Assembly (NCBI GenBank): GCA_047495785.1
Contig: JBLDXI010000015.1
Location: forward strand, 2,666,001 to 2,730,000
DNA from: Lepidodermella squamata
Taxonomy: Eukaryota > Animalia > Gastrotricha
Direction of reading: 5' to 3'
Length of the DNA stretch: 64,000 bases
The notes beneath the pieces were generated by a model, which was not told the DNA's origin, ran no database searches, and saw only the letters and a program-made list of their open reading frames with translations. Both the position numbers and the translations under genes were made by a program. This document shows positions 11,444 through 24,899 of this stretch, one piece after another (the stretch's first letter is position 1; every line of letters begins with the position of its first letter).

Positions 11444-13920
11444 CATCCACCATTCCGGTTTTCACCCCGATTTTCGTGTCCTTTCATCTTTTTCATCTTT
11501 AAATCATTTCCAACTTGGAACTTCATCTTAGTCTCGATTTGCAGAGTCAAAGTCTGTAACATATGCACATATTAATGTTTCGCGCCGCTTGGTTGCGCGC
11601 CCGTCTCGGAGTGGCGCGCACGCTATAATTGTACAGTGTTATGATTGGCTAGGAACGTTCTGGAAACATCTATACCCTTGTTCTAGTATATTCGATTCCC
11701 GCCATGTAACCATATATAAAGTCAATGATTTGTCGAAATAAACAAGACTGAAGTTTGCTCACAAGTCTTGGGTTTAAACTGATGGAAACATTGTTGATTA
11801 AACCGATGCAGTGTCGTGTGGGCCGTACGACATTTTGACTGTCAAGAGGTCCAGTGCTAAATAAAACCAGAAAATGCACACAAAAAAATAAACAAGATTA
11901 AAGTTTGCTCGCTAGTCATGTGTTTGACTCTTACAAGTCCACATATTTTTTGCTTCGTGATCACGAGGTCGATGGTCATGATGATGGCCACGATGATGCC
12001 GTGGGTGATGCTGTTGTTGATGGCGAGGAAGATGACGAGGACGATGACCAGGATGATGGTGAGAGCGATGACGAGGACGATGCTGATGAGCAACATGAGC
12101 CAATTAGTGAACCAATCGAGCCGGCCCAATCGACTAAATCCAATAGAGCAGCTTCACGTGATATACGCAAGAAGAGCGGTAAATCAGACAATTCGTTTGC
12201 TCCAGGATCGTTGTTCTTCAGCGTCCCTGACAGCGACCGAGTCGATCTGGATTCAAGTTATGCTTTCAAAATGTCATGGAACCATATACAAAATGTGGCG
12301 AGCAGCTATTCAAATTGTAAGCCTTTGCTTTGCTGTGTAAATAGTGTAAAATAGTGTTTAATCTCACAGCTAAATCAACCAAGAGCCGAACCGAGTAGAG
12401 TCCCGATGAAAGAAATCGTATTCGGCATTGTTTCGCCTATGTTGTCAGGTCTGGGAAGAAATTTGAAAGTGTTACAGCTAAAATGATCGAATTTTGGATG
12501 GCAAAGACACCATAAGACCTCGATAAAGAGTTGGGTAGAACAACTGGCGCCGTTGCCCGTTAAATACCTATGATCCACCGCCTTATAAGAGCGGGCATGT
12601 TTCGTTTTCAGTGGGTCGCTAAGGACAAGTTCCGTTTGTTCTATAATGCTGATCGTGATTGTTATGAAGTTGACAAGTAAAGGTTACGCTGTGATCTTTT
12701 GCCTCTTGCCTATGATAAATCAAAGTTGTGCCTGAAAACAAAATGGTGTAGAAGGCACGCGACCGCACTTTCCTACGTTGACAAGACTTTTTATTTTCAC
12801 TGTAAATGCGTTGAGATGAAAATAGCGGGAAATAATTTGAATCGAGTTTGGATGACGTCATCACTTTCTTGGCACCATATGCGCATTTTTTCAAAATTTC
12901 AAGAAAAGCTCCGAGTTCTGCAAGCATCTTGACGATTATGAATATGCTTATGAGGTTCCAAATTTACCCATAAGTGTCCAAATTTAGCCTAACCACGCAC
13001 CATTTTTATAAAATCAAGGTAACATGGGAAAACTTCCAAATTTTGCACAAAGATGGGAAGTGGGTCCCCTAAACAGTATTTGACCGGAAACAAGTGAAAA
13101 GTGGGGCTTAGCGAAATTTTGGGCACCGTGAGAATTTTAGGCTACTTTCAAGATCAACCTGCAAAAAGGCAGTCGAAAGTTATCAGCAGGATTGATAGTG
13201 ATAAGATGGTGATATTCAGCAGGATTGCAGAGAAAAGGGGTCTCAAAGTTTACGAGCGAAAAATGCTAATTCTAACTGGAGCTCGCTTGAAGAAATTGCA
13301 ATTAATTTGAATTAATTTTCAATTGAAATTGAATTGCAATTAATTAAAAAACTGTGTAAGAACATCTTGGGATCCAAGAATCGTCCCAAATCAAGAGAGC
13401 AAACTTTTTGTGATTTGCTGGAAGATACAGAGAGTTCGCCCACCTTCAATTTTCACTTGTTACCGGTCAATTGTAAGCTGAAAGATTCAAAACCCAACCT
13501 AAAGTTAAACATTGTAACCCCCGATTGATAATCGAACCTCCAATAAAACTCCCTATCTGGACCTTGGAAGCCGATCCATCAAGAGAAGTAATAAAATGTT
13601 GTGTAAAATGTGCACTGGATAAAAACTGAATAAAAAGGTATATAAAAATAATGCTTTCCCGGTCTTCAGACAGAAAGTCTCAAAAATTGCTTTAAAGCTA
13701 TTCTTGATTCTTGCGATAACGAAATAGATAAATAAAATAAAATAAAAAAATAAATATGAGGTTGAATTCGTGATTTCGCTTCAGGACCTTCAACAAAAAT
13801 TTGACCTCTCCAAACTCCGAACCTAACGTTTATGTTTATTCGAACTAAATTTTTCGGAAGAGCTGAAATCACCAGGGGATGAATGCGATTACTGAAAATG
13901 TCAAGATTTCCCATTACAAA

Positions 13921-15733
13921 TTAGCCGCTGATTGCTTGCTGACTGCACGATGGCAAAGCTACATCGTATTTGTTCATGGCAATGCATCTGACCCTGCCGT
14001 TAACGCCGGCTGGGAATTTCTTACCTGCATCGCAAGCGCAAGTGAAAGATTCGCCGACATTGACGAAATCATCTTCGTTTTCACGGCCATCAACCTCGCA
14101 ATATCCGCCTGAGATTTCACTGGGGAAAGCGCAGACAGGTCTTGCGGTAGTCGAGCTGAAGGTGCACGATGGCCTGTTGCCATCCCATATGTTCATGCCC
14201 TTGCAGGTCAGGGTGACAGTTGCACCGTTCTGTCCATTGGTCAAGTAACCTCGGTCACAGCCACAAATAGCCTTCTCTCCAACGTCAAAGTCGGTAGCAC
14301 CATCCTTCGCTGCTGATTCGCAGTAGCCATTAACCAGAGTGTCCAAAGCAGACAGCGTGCAGATAGGTTTCAGGGTAGTGGTGATCTTCATGCACTTTGG
14401 CAGGACGCCTGAAAATGTCCTGGTAGATTGGCACTTGAGAACGCGATCTCCTATGAACCAGTAGTCATCTTCATCGTTGCAGGCGCAGGAAACCTAAGAT
14501 TGAGGACATATTTAGATTTTACGCAGATTAAAAGTTGATAGATTACCGTGCGTCCGATGTCGACATCGTTATCGTCGTCGCCCTCCTCGGCGTGGCAAAC
14601 ACCTCCGACAACCGTTGGAGCTCTGCCGCAGCCGGCAGCACGGGTGGTCGTGGCTATCCTGACGCAGGTTGGATATTTGGACCAGGAGCCATTGGTCTGG
14701 CAAGTAATCGTGGGGTTTCCGGACATTTGGAAGCCAGGATTGCACTGTTGTTGATTTAGGATTATGAAAAGCGAACAATTTCAGCTCATCAGCTTACTGT
14801 AAATGTAACAGCCTCTCCGATTTTGAAGATCTGTTTGTTGTCAGCGCCTCCGATACAGTTGCTTCCATCGCAGCCAGTATTAGGAACGTCCTTTGGTCTT
14901 ACGCATACAGGCGCTACTGGGGTCGTTATTATTGGTTTGCAAGTGGGGACGTTGACGAATCTAAGGGGTAGAAATTTACGATATATTTAAAATTTCTCAA
15001 GAATATCAAAATACCTGTCATTTCCGATGCATCTAACCCTTACGCTCGTTGGCCATAATGCATCACGGCGTTTCCGGCCAGATAAAGTTGCAGTAGCAGC
15101 TATGTAGTATCCGGAATTGCACGAGCAAGAAACTTCCTCATTCACGGCGATGCGTGGATTCGTGGTGTTGATTCTTGTGCAAGTAACGTAAGCGACCAAA
15201 GGCAATTTAGCGCAGCCCGGAACTGGGGGTGTGGTAACGACGATTCGCTTGCAGGTTGGCGGGTTCAGCCAAGTGTTCCACTCTTTACAAGTCGGGTTCA
15301 TCACACCTGTTGAGCGCATGTAGCCAGCTTGACAGGTGCAGTTAGCTTGGTCTCGAACTCGGAAGTATATTCCACTCAATTTGGCACCAGTGCATGAACC
15401 GTAAGCAATAGTTGGTGCTGAGCATATCATCTCGCAAGTTGGGCTCGGAGTCCATGTACCGTTGGACTGGCATGTGACCTGAGTCGGACCAGTGAAAACC
15501 CAGCTGGAGTTGATCGGCTTGTAATAGACAATAGTGTTGGGGTCGTAGAGCTGAAGATCTTTGACTTCGCTAGTTTTAACGATGAACGAAGCAGCGCTTG
15601 AATCAGCCCATTTCTTGGTTGAGCAGTTGCCGCAGAAGACGAAAGGCGGATTACCACACTGACGGCCATCGACTGAACCGAGGAAGAAACAAGCAACGCC
15701 CAGTAGGGCAAGGGAGATAACAACCTTCAGCAT
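13921..15733 (-). CDS. Secreted protein with 7 CCP/sushi domains (~550 aa; exons 15733-15015, 14960-14798, 14744-14547, 14493-13921)
   Basis: Signal peptide; repeated C..P/C..GY/C...W...P.C modules with Thr-rich linkers; GT-AG introns join the ORF pieces in frame. Confidence 0.9.
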
Positions 15734-16506
15734 TGTTTAGAAAAACCAGAAACTGAATTTATGCTTTCTGTACTGCACCCTTTATATAGAGCCGGAATCA
15801 GCGTGAAAGCGGACGTTATTGCTCAAAATCCTACGCATCCTAAAAATAGATAATATGTCTAAAATGAATTACTCTTATATAGTCAACAGCTACGTCTCTC
15901 CGCTTAAAACTTAAAACCGCCAATGCACCATCGTGACCGCTGCGGTTAACGTGGCGAGCTTTTTTACCATATGAGCAGCGCTTTTTCAATCCCTCTTTCC
16001 TTTGTTGAAATGTGGAAGGCCGTACAACCACAATTTTAAGGGAAAAAACGCTTTCCTCAATTAACTGCAAATTTTCCAAGCAGAAATCCAAGAGAAAGCC
16101 GAAATCATTAAAATGAAAACCAGATAAAAAATATGAGAATTCTCAGAATTTTTATTGGTTGGTCGAAGGACTCAAGATTGGGAACCAGGCACCCTTTGAA
16201 GGTACCATGGGTTACCATGGGTGAATATGGACCTACTTCCAACTGCTAAGTGAGACCATCGACCTACTTTATTTGCGCTTACACTTGCTTAAAATCACTG
16301 TAAAAACCGACTTGAAACCTATATACCCCTATTAACCCCTATTGTATAAGCGTGACCAGCTGGTCTAGTGGTCTACTATAGGCCCAGTAAAGCCTAGACT
16401 GGGCCCAAAAAATTCGAGCCCAGCCTGGGCCTAGAAATGAGGAGCCCAGCATAGGCCTAGCCTAAGCCCACAGGGTTTTGACTGGGATGTCTGGCTGACG
16501 CATTAG

Positions 16507-17057
16507 TGGCTTCATTCAGGACTGACCTGGAACGCGGATGACTATGGCGGTATCGAACAACAATGGATCAGGTACGTTTTTCTCGAATTACAACCTCGAT
16601 TTCTGCTTTTCGTCGCCGAAAATCATCTAAAAGACCCGGCTGATTCGATTTATTCCAAACCAGTGCCTGGACGTACAACCGGGTTGAATCTAGGTCACCC
16701 AGTTTAGTCACCCTATCGCCCTCGCTGAAGAATTGTAGCGAGAATAATTCACCGAGGAAGTCGTCGATCAAATGTTCGGCTAAATCTAAGCGAAAACGAG
16801 TTAATTTCGAATCGGATTTACATCGAGCTATTCTGGAGGCCTTGCCAGCTTTTCAGGAGTACTATCATCTGCCCGAGGTGCGTCAAGGCCTGATTTACGT
16901 TCAATACATAGCCGATCGCTTTGAGGCCGCCAATGAAGAGACGAGGATAAAAAATGAATGGCAAGCTGTTTCGCGAGTTATGGATCGATTTTTTTCTGTT
17001 GTTTTCACGGCTGTTTTCATTATTGGGACTCTGGTTATTCTGCTTTCCTCACCTTAA
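16507..17057 (+). pseudogene. Internally deleted nicotinic acetylcholine receptor fragment
   Basis: Exon WLHSGLTWNADDYGGIEQQWI (ECD motif), then MA helix/M4 VQYIADRF..EWQAVSRVMDRFFSVVF; Cys loop and M1-M3 absent. Confidence 0.75.
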
Positions 17058-17344
17058 TCACATCTCGTCATAACCCAATATTTTCAAAATTATTTTCTAT
17101 TCGTGTGCGCAATAGTTGTTCAAAGGGTATCACAACGGATTCAGCTTTCCTCTGGTTCCTTTGGTTCCGCAGTAATTCGGTATAGGTACAAACCAAGAAG
17201 AATGTGTGACATTTTAATGCTGAATCTGAATCTGAATATTTGCACATCTAAAAATTAAGTTATGGCGCTACATATTCTGATTCTTTGCGAGTATGGTTAT
17301 TTGTTTCTGTTTGTCTATAGTGATCAATATCGACCCATTGTAGA

Positions 17345-19172
17345 TTAGCCGCTGATTGCTTGCTGACTGCACGTTGGCAAAGCAACATCGTATTTGTTCA
17401 TGGCGATGCACCTGACCCTGCCGGTAACGCCGGATGGGAATTTCTTGCCAGCATCGCAAGCGCAGGTGAACGACTCGCCGACATTGACAAAGTCATCTTC
17501 GTTTTCACGACCGTCAACCTCGCAATATCCGCCCGAGATGTCACTTGGGAATGCGCAGACAGGTCGCGCGGTGGTCGAGCTGAAGGTGCACGATGGCCTG
17601 CTACCATCCCACGTGTTCATGCCTTTGCAAGTCAGGGTAACAGTGGCACTTTTTTGTCCATTGGTTAGGTACCCTGCGTCACAGCCGCAAATAGCCTTAT
17701 CTCCGATATCGAAATCGGTAGCACCATCGTTCAGTGCTGACTGGCAATATCCATTGGTCAGTGTGTCCAAAGCGGATAGCGTGCAGATAGGTCTCAGGGT
17801 CGTCGTGATCTTAACGCACGTTGGCAGCACACCTGAAAATGTCCTGCTAGCTAGGCACTTGAGAGTTCGATCTCCTGTTAACAGGTAGCCATCTTCATCA
17901 TTGCAAGCGCAGGACACCTTATTGGTTGAGAGCAGAATTTATATGATATTGTTTAAATTGTGAATGAATTTTGAATTACTGTGCGCCCAACGTCAACATC
18001 GTTATCGTCGTCGCCTTCCTCGGCGTGGCAGACGCCTCCGACTACCGTCGGAGCCTTGCCGCAGCCGGCAGCACGGGTGGTCGTGGCGATCCTTGTGCAG
18101 GCTGGATATTTGGACCAGGCGCCATTGGTCTGGCAAGTAATCGTGGGATTTCCAGACATTTGGAAGCCAGGATTGCACTAAAGTTAATTTAGACAATTTA
18201 GACCTCTGAATAATTTCAGCTCATCAGCTTACTGTAAATGTAACAGCCTCTCCGATTTTGAAGATCTGTTTGTTGTCATCACCGCCGATACAGTTGTTTC
18301 CATCGCAACCAGTATTAGGAACTGCATTCGGCCGCCGGCATTGAGGAGCAAAGGTGTATGTAGTTATTGGCTGGCAGGTGGGAACGCCGGTGAATCTAAT
18401 AGGTTAAAATATGGTTAATAAAATCAGTTGCCATACAAATTGTTGCAAGATACTTGTCATTTCCGATGCATCTCGCGCGAGCACTCGTTCGCCAGTCAGT
18501 GTTACGACGTTTACGACCAGACAGTGTTGCTGTTGCGCTGACGTAGTATCCGGAGTTGCACGTGCAAGAAACTTCTTCATTCAGGGCAATGCGTGGATTT
18601 GTAGTGTTTATCCTTGTGCAGGTACCGTATGCCACCAAAGGTAACTTTGCGCAGCCAGGGAAGAGGGTTGTGGTAGTGACAATTGGTTTGCAGGTCGGCG
18701 GGTTCAGCCAGGTGTTCCACTCTTTACACGTCGGATTCAGTACACCTGTTGAGCGCATGTAGCCGGCTTGACAGGAGCAATTGGCTTGGTCTCGAACTCG
18801 GAAGTACTTTCCATTCAATTTGGCACCAGTGCAAGAACCGTAAGGAATAGTTGGTGGCGAGCAGATCATCTCGCATGTTGGGCTCTGAGTCCATGTACCG
18901 TTGGCCTGGCATGTGACCTGAGTTGGACCAGTGAAAACCCAGCTGGAGTTGATCGGCTTGTAATATACAACGGTATTGGGGTCGTAGAGCTGAAGGTCCT
19001 TGACTTCGCTAGTTTTGACAACGTACCCAGGTTCGAATTGACCCACCCATGGCTTGGTTGAGCAGTTGCCACAGTAGACATAGGGCGGATTGCCGCACTG
19101 ACGGCCATCGGCAGAACTGAGGAAGAAGCAAGCAACTCCCAAAAGGGCCAAGGAGAGAACAACCTTCAGCAT
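17345..19172 (-). CDS. Secreted 7xCCP/sushi paralog (exons 19172-18454, 18395-18233, 18177-17980, 17917-17345)
   Basis: Same exon structure as, and high similarity to, 13921-15733. Confidence 0.9.
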
Positions 19173-19605
19173 TGTATAGGAAAAGACAAAAATTGACTGG
19201 ATGGTTTCTATATAGCTCCCGTTATATACAGCCGGAATCAGGATGAAAGCGGACGCTATTGCTCGGAATCCTACGCATCCTGAAAAATAGATGTTATGAC
19301 TGAAATGTGAATCACTCTGTATAATATTCAACAGCTACGTCTCTCGGCTTGAAACCACGGCGGCAGAACGCGAATGCACCATTGTCACCGCTGCGGTTAA
19401 CGTGACGAGCTTTTTTACCATATGACTAGCTCTTTTCGTCAATCCCGCTTTCCTTTGTTGAATTGTGGAAGGTCGTACGTCCGCAATCATATGGAAAAAA
19501 CGCTTTCTTTAACAAAAACTGCAAAATTTGGAAGATCTAAGTTTTGAGCCGAACTCATTCCATTTTCAAATTCAGACGAAAACGTGAATTTTCTCAAGAA
19601 TTTAA

Positions 19606-20007
19606 CCCTTAGCCGCCGAAGACGTGTACGCGCGTTAATTCCGGAGAAAATTCACCGTGGTCGGAGGATTTGGGCTATCGAACCCATTGTTGGGTCATAA
19701 ATTATAATAAATCAATAGCAAGAAACAAGCACTCCCCGAAAATCCAAATTTTCGAAGCCATTCCGACCAGGTCGAAAATAGTGAGAACATGTTTAAATGA
19801 CTTGTTAACACGTCATAAAAACGCGTTAACACGTCATAGCAACGGCAACCCAGGTAAATTTCTTCTGAAAAAGAGGTTCGGCTTTCAATCTAAGGCTAAA
19901 TGTAAGACTTTCTGCCGACTCAGAATTTGATTTTAGCCTCTTCTTGATTTTCTGGGATTTTCTGAAAGGTGCTCGAGTTAACACGTCATTGCGCCGGCGG
20001 CTAAGGG
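19606..20007. mobile_element. piggyBac-like MITE
   Basis: TIR CCCTTAGCCGCCG, TTAA on both flanks. Confidence 0.85.
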
Positions 20008-20090
20008 TTAAACGATTGGTCAAGGCTTCAGGCTACCCAGGGAATCAAAATGTTCCCTTTTTCCATTTATTTTCATTTTTTTGCATCTAG

Positions 20091-23000
20091 CTAACACACG
20101 ACAGGGGAATCAGCGAGAGCTTTTATGAAGTTAAGCTGGCTCGTTATAGCCGATTCAGCTTCCTTTTTGAGGTTTATCGACCAGAAAACATTAGTCCGAA
20201 TCCTGGCGGCGACAAATTCCCGATGGCGAATAACTTCTTTCAATGCGGTTGAATTCGCTAATTTCGCCTCAGCAACTTCGACAAAATCTTGAAACTTTGA
20301 AAAATACAAAAATTATAGATAGAAATAGGTAATATAAGAAGAGGTTTACTTCGTCATACAGCAGTGGGGTGTTGAAATAGCTGGCAATGTCATAAACCCA
20401 GGTGACAAATTGTTCGGACCTCGCCGGCTGGGAGAAAATATCGAAAAGTCGGTCGAAATGTTCCCGAACCAATTGCCACACAAAATTACGACTCGAAGCG
20501 CTGTAGCACGCAAATGAGCCGAGAAACAAAAAATCGTCCAAACTTATCGAATTATCCAGAATTTTCACAAATTCTCTGTGACAAAAATAAGAAAAAAATT
20601 TAAAATTTTTATAATCAAGTTTTCTTACCTAGTCAAAATCCAAGGCTGTTGAGTTTTAGCAACGGCGAATAGTACATCTCGTTTCAGCTGGTTATTTCTC
20701 GTTCGTTCAAACAAATCTAACAACTGATGAACAATTCCTTCATTGTCATTGGCGAGCAATCGCGAGGTGAAAACAACGCGCCGTAGTTGCTTTTTCATCA
20801 CGTCTTTCGAGTCTCGCCTGAAATACTTTGAGTAGCAATCGATTTCTAGGCTATTTCGCAGGTCGACCAGGCTCATTTCAGCGAAAACTTGCAGAATTTT
20901 GAGCCTAGGATCCATTTCTTCGATCGACTCGTTTACCAATGTTTTCATTACGTTTATTCGAGCGGAACGAAGAAGACCTAGTACAAAGGTCTGAAAAATA
21001 ATTAAAAATTTAAAAAATTTTAAATTTTAAAAACTGAAACTGAAATTAAAATTTGTATCAAAATTAGAAGAATAATCGGGAAAAGTCTGAAAAAATGGCA
21101 AAATTGAAATTGGAAAATTAAAAATAATTTAGAGAAATCAATGTTTTTTACCTGAAAAACTCCGAATTGAGAGGAATGAGATAGCATCTGATTTAGGTAA
21201 TTGACATGCTCCCATAATGACCGCCAAGTTCCGGCGTAAGTTTCTTTCGCCATGAAATTAATCAATCGAAAAGCTGTGTGATAACTTAGACGGCCAGCTT
21301 TAGCCAACTCAAACGCATCGTCAACAAAGCTCGCCCGATCTTCAGGTAAAAACATTTCCTATAAAGAAATGTTCAATTGTTGAGATTTTTTCGAATTTCG
21401 GAAAAATACGATGTTTGAAGAAAGAAGTTTTCCGAATTTAACCCAAGTGTCATTAGGGTAGTTGATTCGAGCGAAGGCTAACCGGCCTGAATTGACAATG
21501 ACCGATCCGACAAGCATTTCGTCGTCATTCAAGGTTTTCACCACAAACTCATCCTCGTCTTGAAAAAAATCCAAATTAAAAACGAAATCGTGAAAAAATT
21601 GAAAGATTTACCTGGGTGGAACCAAATTAACGGTGATTTCGACTCTGTGCTACCGGGGGAAGATAGCGCGATTGGGATTGTCCAAACTTGGCCGAAATTA
21701 ACTTCGATACTTGACGAATTACTCTGCCCAGCTGGGTTCCATTGTGGCATTATGAACCTTTCCTGCCTCACGGTAATTTGCCTCGTTTCGGCACATCGAT
21801 ATAGGACTGTTACTAAAGGAATGCCAGGCTGGTCGATCCAGCCTAAAAAATTCTGGCGCTGGTCTTTCATTCCGCCGGTCATCTTAACAAATGAATCATT
21901 AAAATTAAAGAACATTTTATAAATTTAGTTATTACGGTGGAAAATGTGTTGAAAAAATCGTCCAATCGAGCAGCTCGATTTCGGAATTTTTCCAGAAATG
22001 TCCGCAGGGTGTCTCGAAATTTCGGCATGCCAAAGCTCTCGATCATCATCGAAACGATATAACGAGCTTTTTCTCGCGTCATTCTCTGGCTTGAAAAGTA
22101 CGTCGAGACAATGGTTTCACGCGATTTAGCGCTGATTGAGCCGTGGTAGTCTAGCGGCTTAGCCAGCCAGTGATTGCCGTATTCGTATTTTGCGGGACCT
22201 TCCAAATAGGCGGAAACGCCTTCGCGGAGCCAAGAGTCGTGCCAAGTGTTCAGGGTGACTAGTTGGCCGATCCATTGTTTAACCAGTAAATTCGTAATTT
22301 CAGCCTCGAAAGTCAAAATATCTTCAGCGTTGCCGCCCTCAGTACCAAGTAGGACTAAAAATTGACGAAGAAAACAATAATTAAAATCCGCCTTAAAACT
22401 GAAATAACCGGACATTTTTTTTTTAATTTTGTCACAAGTTTTGAAATCGTGGGATCGATTTTAGGAAAAAATTTGGCTTCACAAATTAGAAAAAATTGAA
22501 AAATATCGAATTCCATAAGGTCATAAGGCCATGAATTTGAAAATTAACTAGCGGTTATGGAAAATATTCTAATTTCATTTGAATTTGAATTTCAAAAATG
22601 TCATTATTTTTTAATTATAATTTTAATTATAATCCCTCTTATCCCTCGTAAACGATCACAAAATGCTAGGTAATTAATTCAATATTAATTTTACCTTCTT
22701 CCTTGATGAAAACAATGCCCCAATTAGTTCGGAAACCGTTGTCGCTCGCTTCAGGGTGGACAATAAAATCAAGCTTGGGCAGCGGGTAATTTTGCGCGAA
22801 AAACAGTCGCAGCCACTTCAACTCCCGAACGGCCACATTAACGACCATCCTGGCGCCATTTTCCCAACTTCGAACGCCGACAAAATACTCCGGCATGTAG
22901 ATACAAACCGCTGGTTGCAGGCCGTCTCTAGCAGCTTCAAGACATCTCGAGTTCCAAAATGGCCCGATAGCGAAGGCTAAAGATGCCGGTGGCATTGTTA

Positions 23001-24297
23001 AGGCGGATTTCGCGAATCGGCTAACAACGGAAATTCTTGAATCTCGAGTTGAATCTTTACTCCATGAAGTTTCGTTACTTTCAAGCTCTAGGTTGGCTAA
23101 TACCGCAACCGGAGGCCGGTGCCGAATTGACAAGGTGAACTGAGCTCGAAAACCCGATTCGTCGAAGCATGGGAAAACGTTTCGAACCTTCCGATTTTCG
23201 AAATCAGTCAACATTGAAATATTGCCTGATTTTTGATCGAGAATACCAGCCTTAACTAAACCACCCTCACTAGGCTTTTTAATTAGTCCAGAATACCGCA
23301 TAGCTATTGTTATCGCTTTTCCAGCTTCAATTATCGACGCCATTTCGATGACGAAAAAATCGTTGTCTTCATATCGGAAACAACTCGCGATTTTTTGATC
23401 GATTTGTCCCGGTTCCGGGAAAACTTCCGTGTCCTCAAACGGGGACATTTTACTGTTACCGATTTGATTCGCCCGGCCGCATAAATCGATAAAACCGATC
23501 GAAATAGCCGATATGTTGAGTTCAACAGCGTGAAAAATTAAAAAATTAGTCGGCTGGTAAATTTTAGCTTCAATTATGATTTTGCCATCAAAAACCGGTG
23601 ATGATGATTCATCGTTGTTGTAAAAATACGGCGTTATCTCGATTACGTAATGAAAAGGCTGGACAGAACGAGGTAGACGCCGGGTTAACCATGGTTTAAG
23701 TGGGTCACGGTCTGGTTCCGGTTGAGTGGTGAAAATGATCGGCGCCCGGGTTTTCGGCTCCGGAACCGGGGTGGTTGTCGGCGGGGGGAAACCCGGGAAT
23801 TGAACACCGCGACTCTCGCAATGAGTTTTCGCATTCAAAATTACTGCAATAATACCGGCGATGGTTATAACCGTGGTGCCCACGAGGCTGTAGACTAGCA
23901 GGCAATGACTAGCGATCCCGACTTTACCCGGTTGCTTCAATTTCGCCCCGGCTATGCTTAACCGATGTCGGGACATTGACCTAGCCCTGGTATGCGATGG
24001 TACGTTCTGGATGATTATCCGGCCAGGGCTGATTGAGGGTGACCTGGTTCGGTGGGACCCTGATGGGGTGAGGAGTAGCCGGGTTTGGTTGGCTGATAGC
24101 GACGGTGATCGCATCGATTGGCGCCGTGACGAGTGGTACTTGGCCGCGCTGGGTGATGATACGGCGATCGATTTTCGGGTGACTACGGTCGGGGCGTCGG
24201 ATGGCACGGGCGAGGTAGGTGTGGTGGCGGGCTCTGGGCGCTGCTCTTCAATGGTCACCCTGGGTGAGACAGGCGATCCTCTTAACCCAGGTTTCAT
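20091..24297 (-). CDS. Type II membrane M1 aminopeptidase N-like protein, catalytically inactive (multi-exon)
   Basis: TM anchor, RLPRSVQPFHY, FPCFDE, YPLPKLD, QWIGQLVT..W..SWLREG and an ERAP1_C-like C-terminus across several ORFs; HEXXH and GAMEN degenerate. Confidence 0.85.
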
Positions 24298-24899
24298 GCT
24301 TATTCCTCAAATTACACGCTAAAATCTAAAAAGAAATTAAAAATTAATTAAAAAAATTGAAGCGTATTTAGAAAATAAATTATATCATGTCTAATCGATA
24401 GATTAGAATGTGAGCCGATTTCGTGCTATCGACGGTCAATTTAGAAGTTGTATTTCAGCCCGCAGAGCGAATATCGATTCCAAGTATCGATTTCACAAAT
24501 CAGTGATTTGTTCCGATATCAGCAGTCAACATAGGGAATTCATCGGGTTCAACCGAGTAAAATACCGAAAATTACCGAAATTATCATTTACCATCGGGTT
24601 TTTCCGGGTTTCCCACCGTAAATACATTTTCTTCGGCTGAAACGCCGATTATAAGGACGAAAAGCTTGATTTTTCGGAAATTCGGGAAAAAATTCGGGAA
24701 ATTCGGAAATTTGCATAATTCAAGGGACAATTTTTTGCATAGATAAAAGGAAGGAAAAAGTTGAAATCGGTATAAAATGGAAATTTTTTATTACTATAAC
24801 CTCAATTTTGGTCGAGCAAATGTTCGAACTCGTTTATGATTTGATTTTACTCAACATTTACAATTCTAAGTTCGTAGTTGGAAATATTGTTGTTATTGT

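Noticed and set aside
11857-12600. Asp/Glu-rich ORF (11905-12354) with overlapping His- and Met-rich frames
   Set aside because: Low-complexity GAT/GAC repeats explain the overlapping ORFs; downstream frames have stops and no recognisable domain; probably a decayed TE or gene fragment
19173-19331. N-terminal extension of the 311 aa ORF
   Set aside because: Paralog comparison and the TATA position place the true start at 19172
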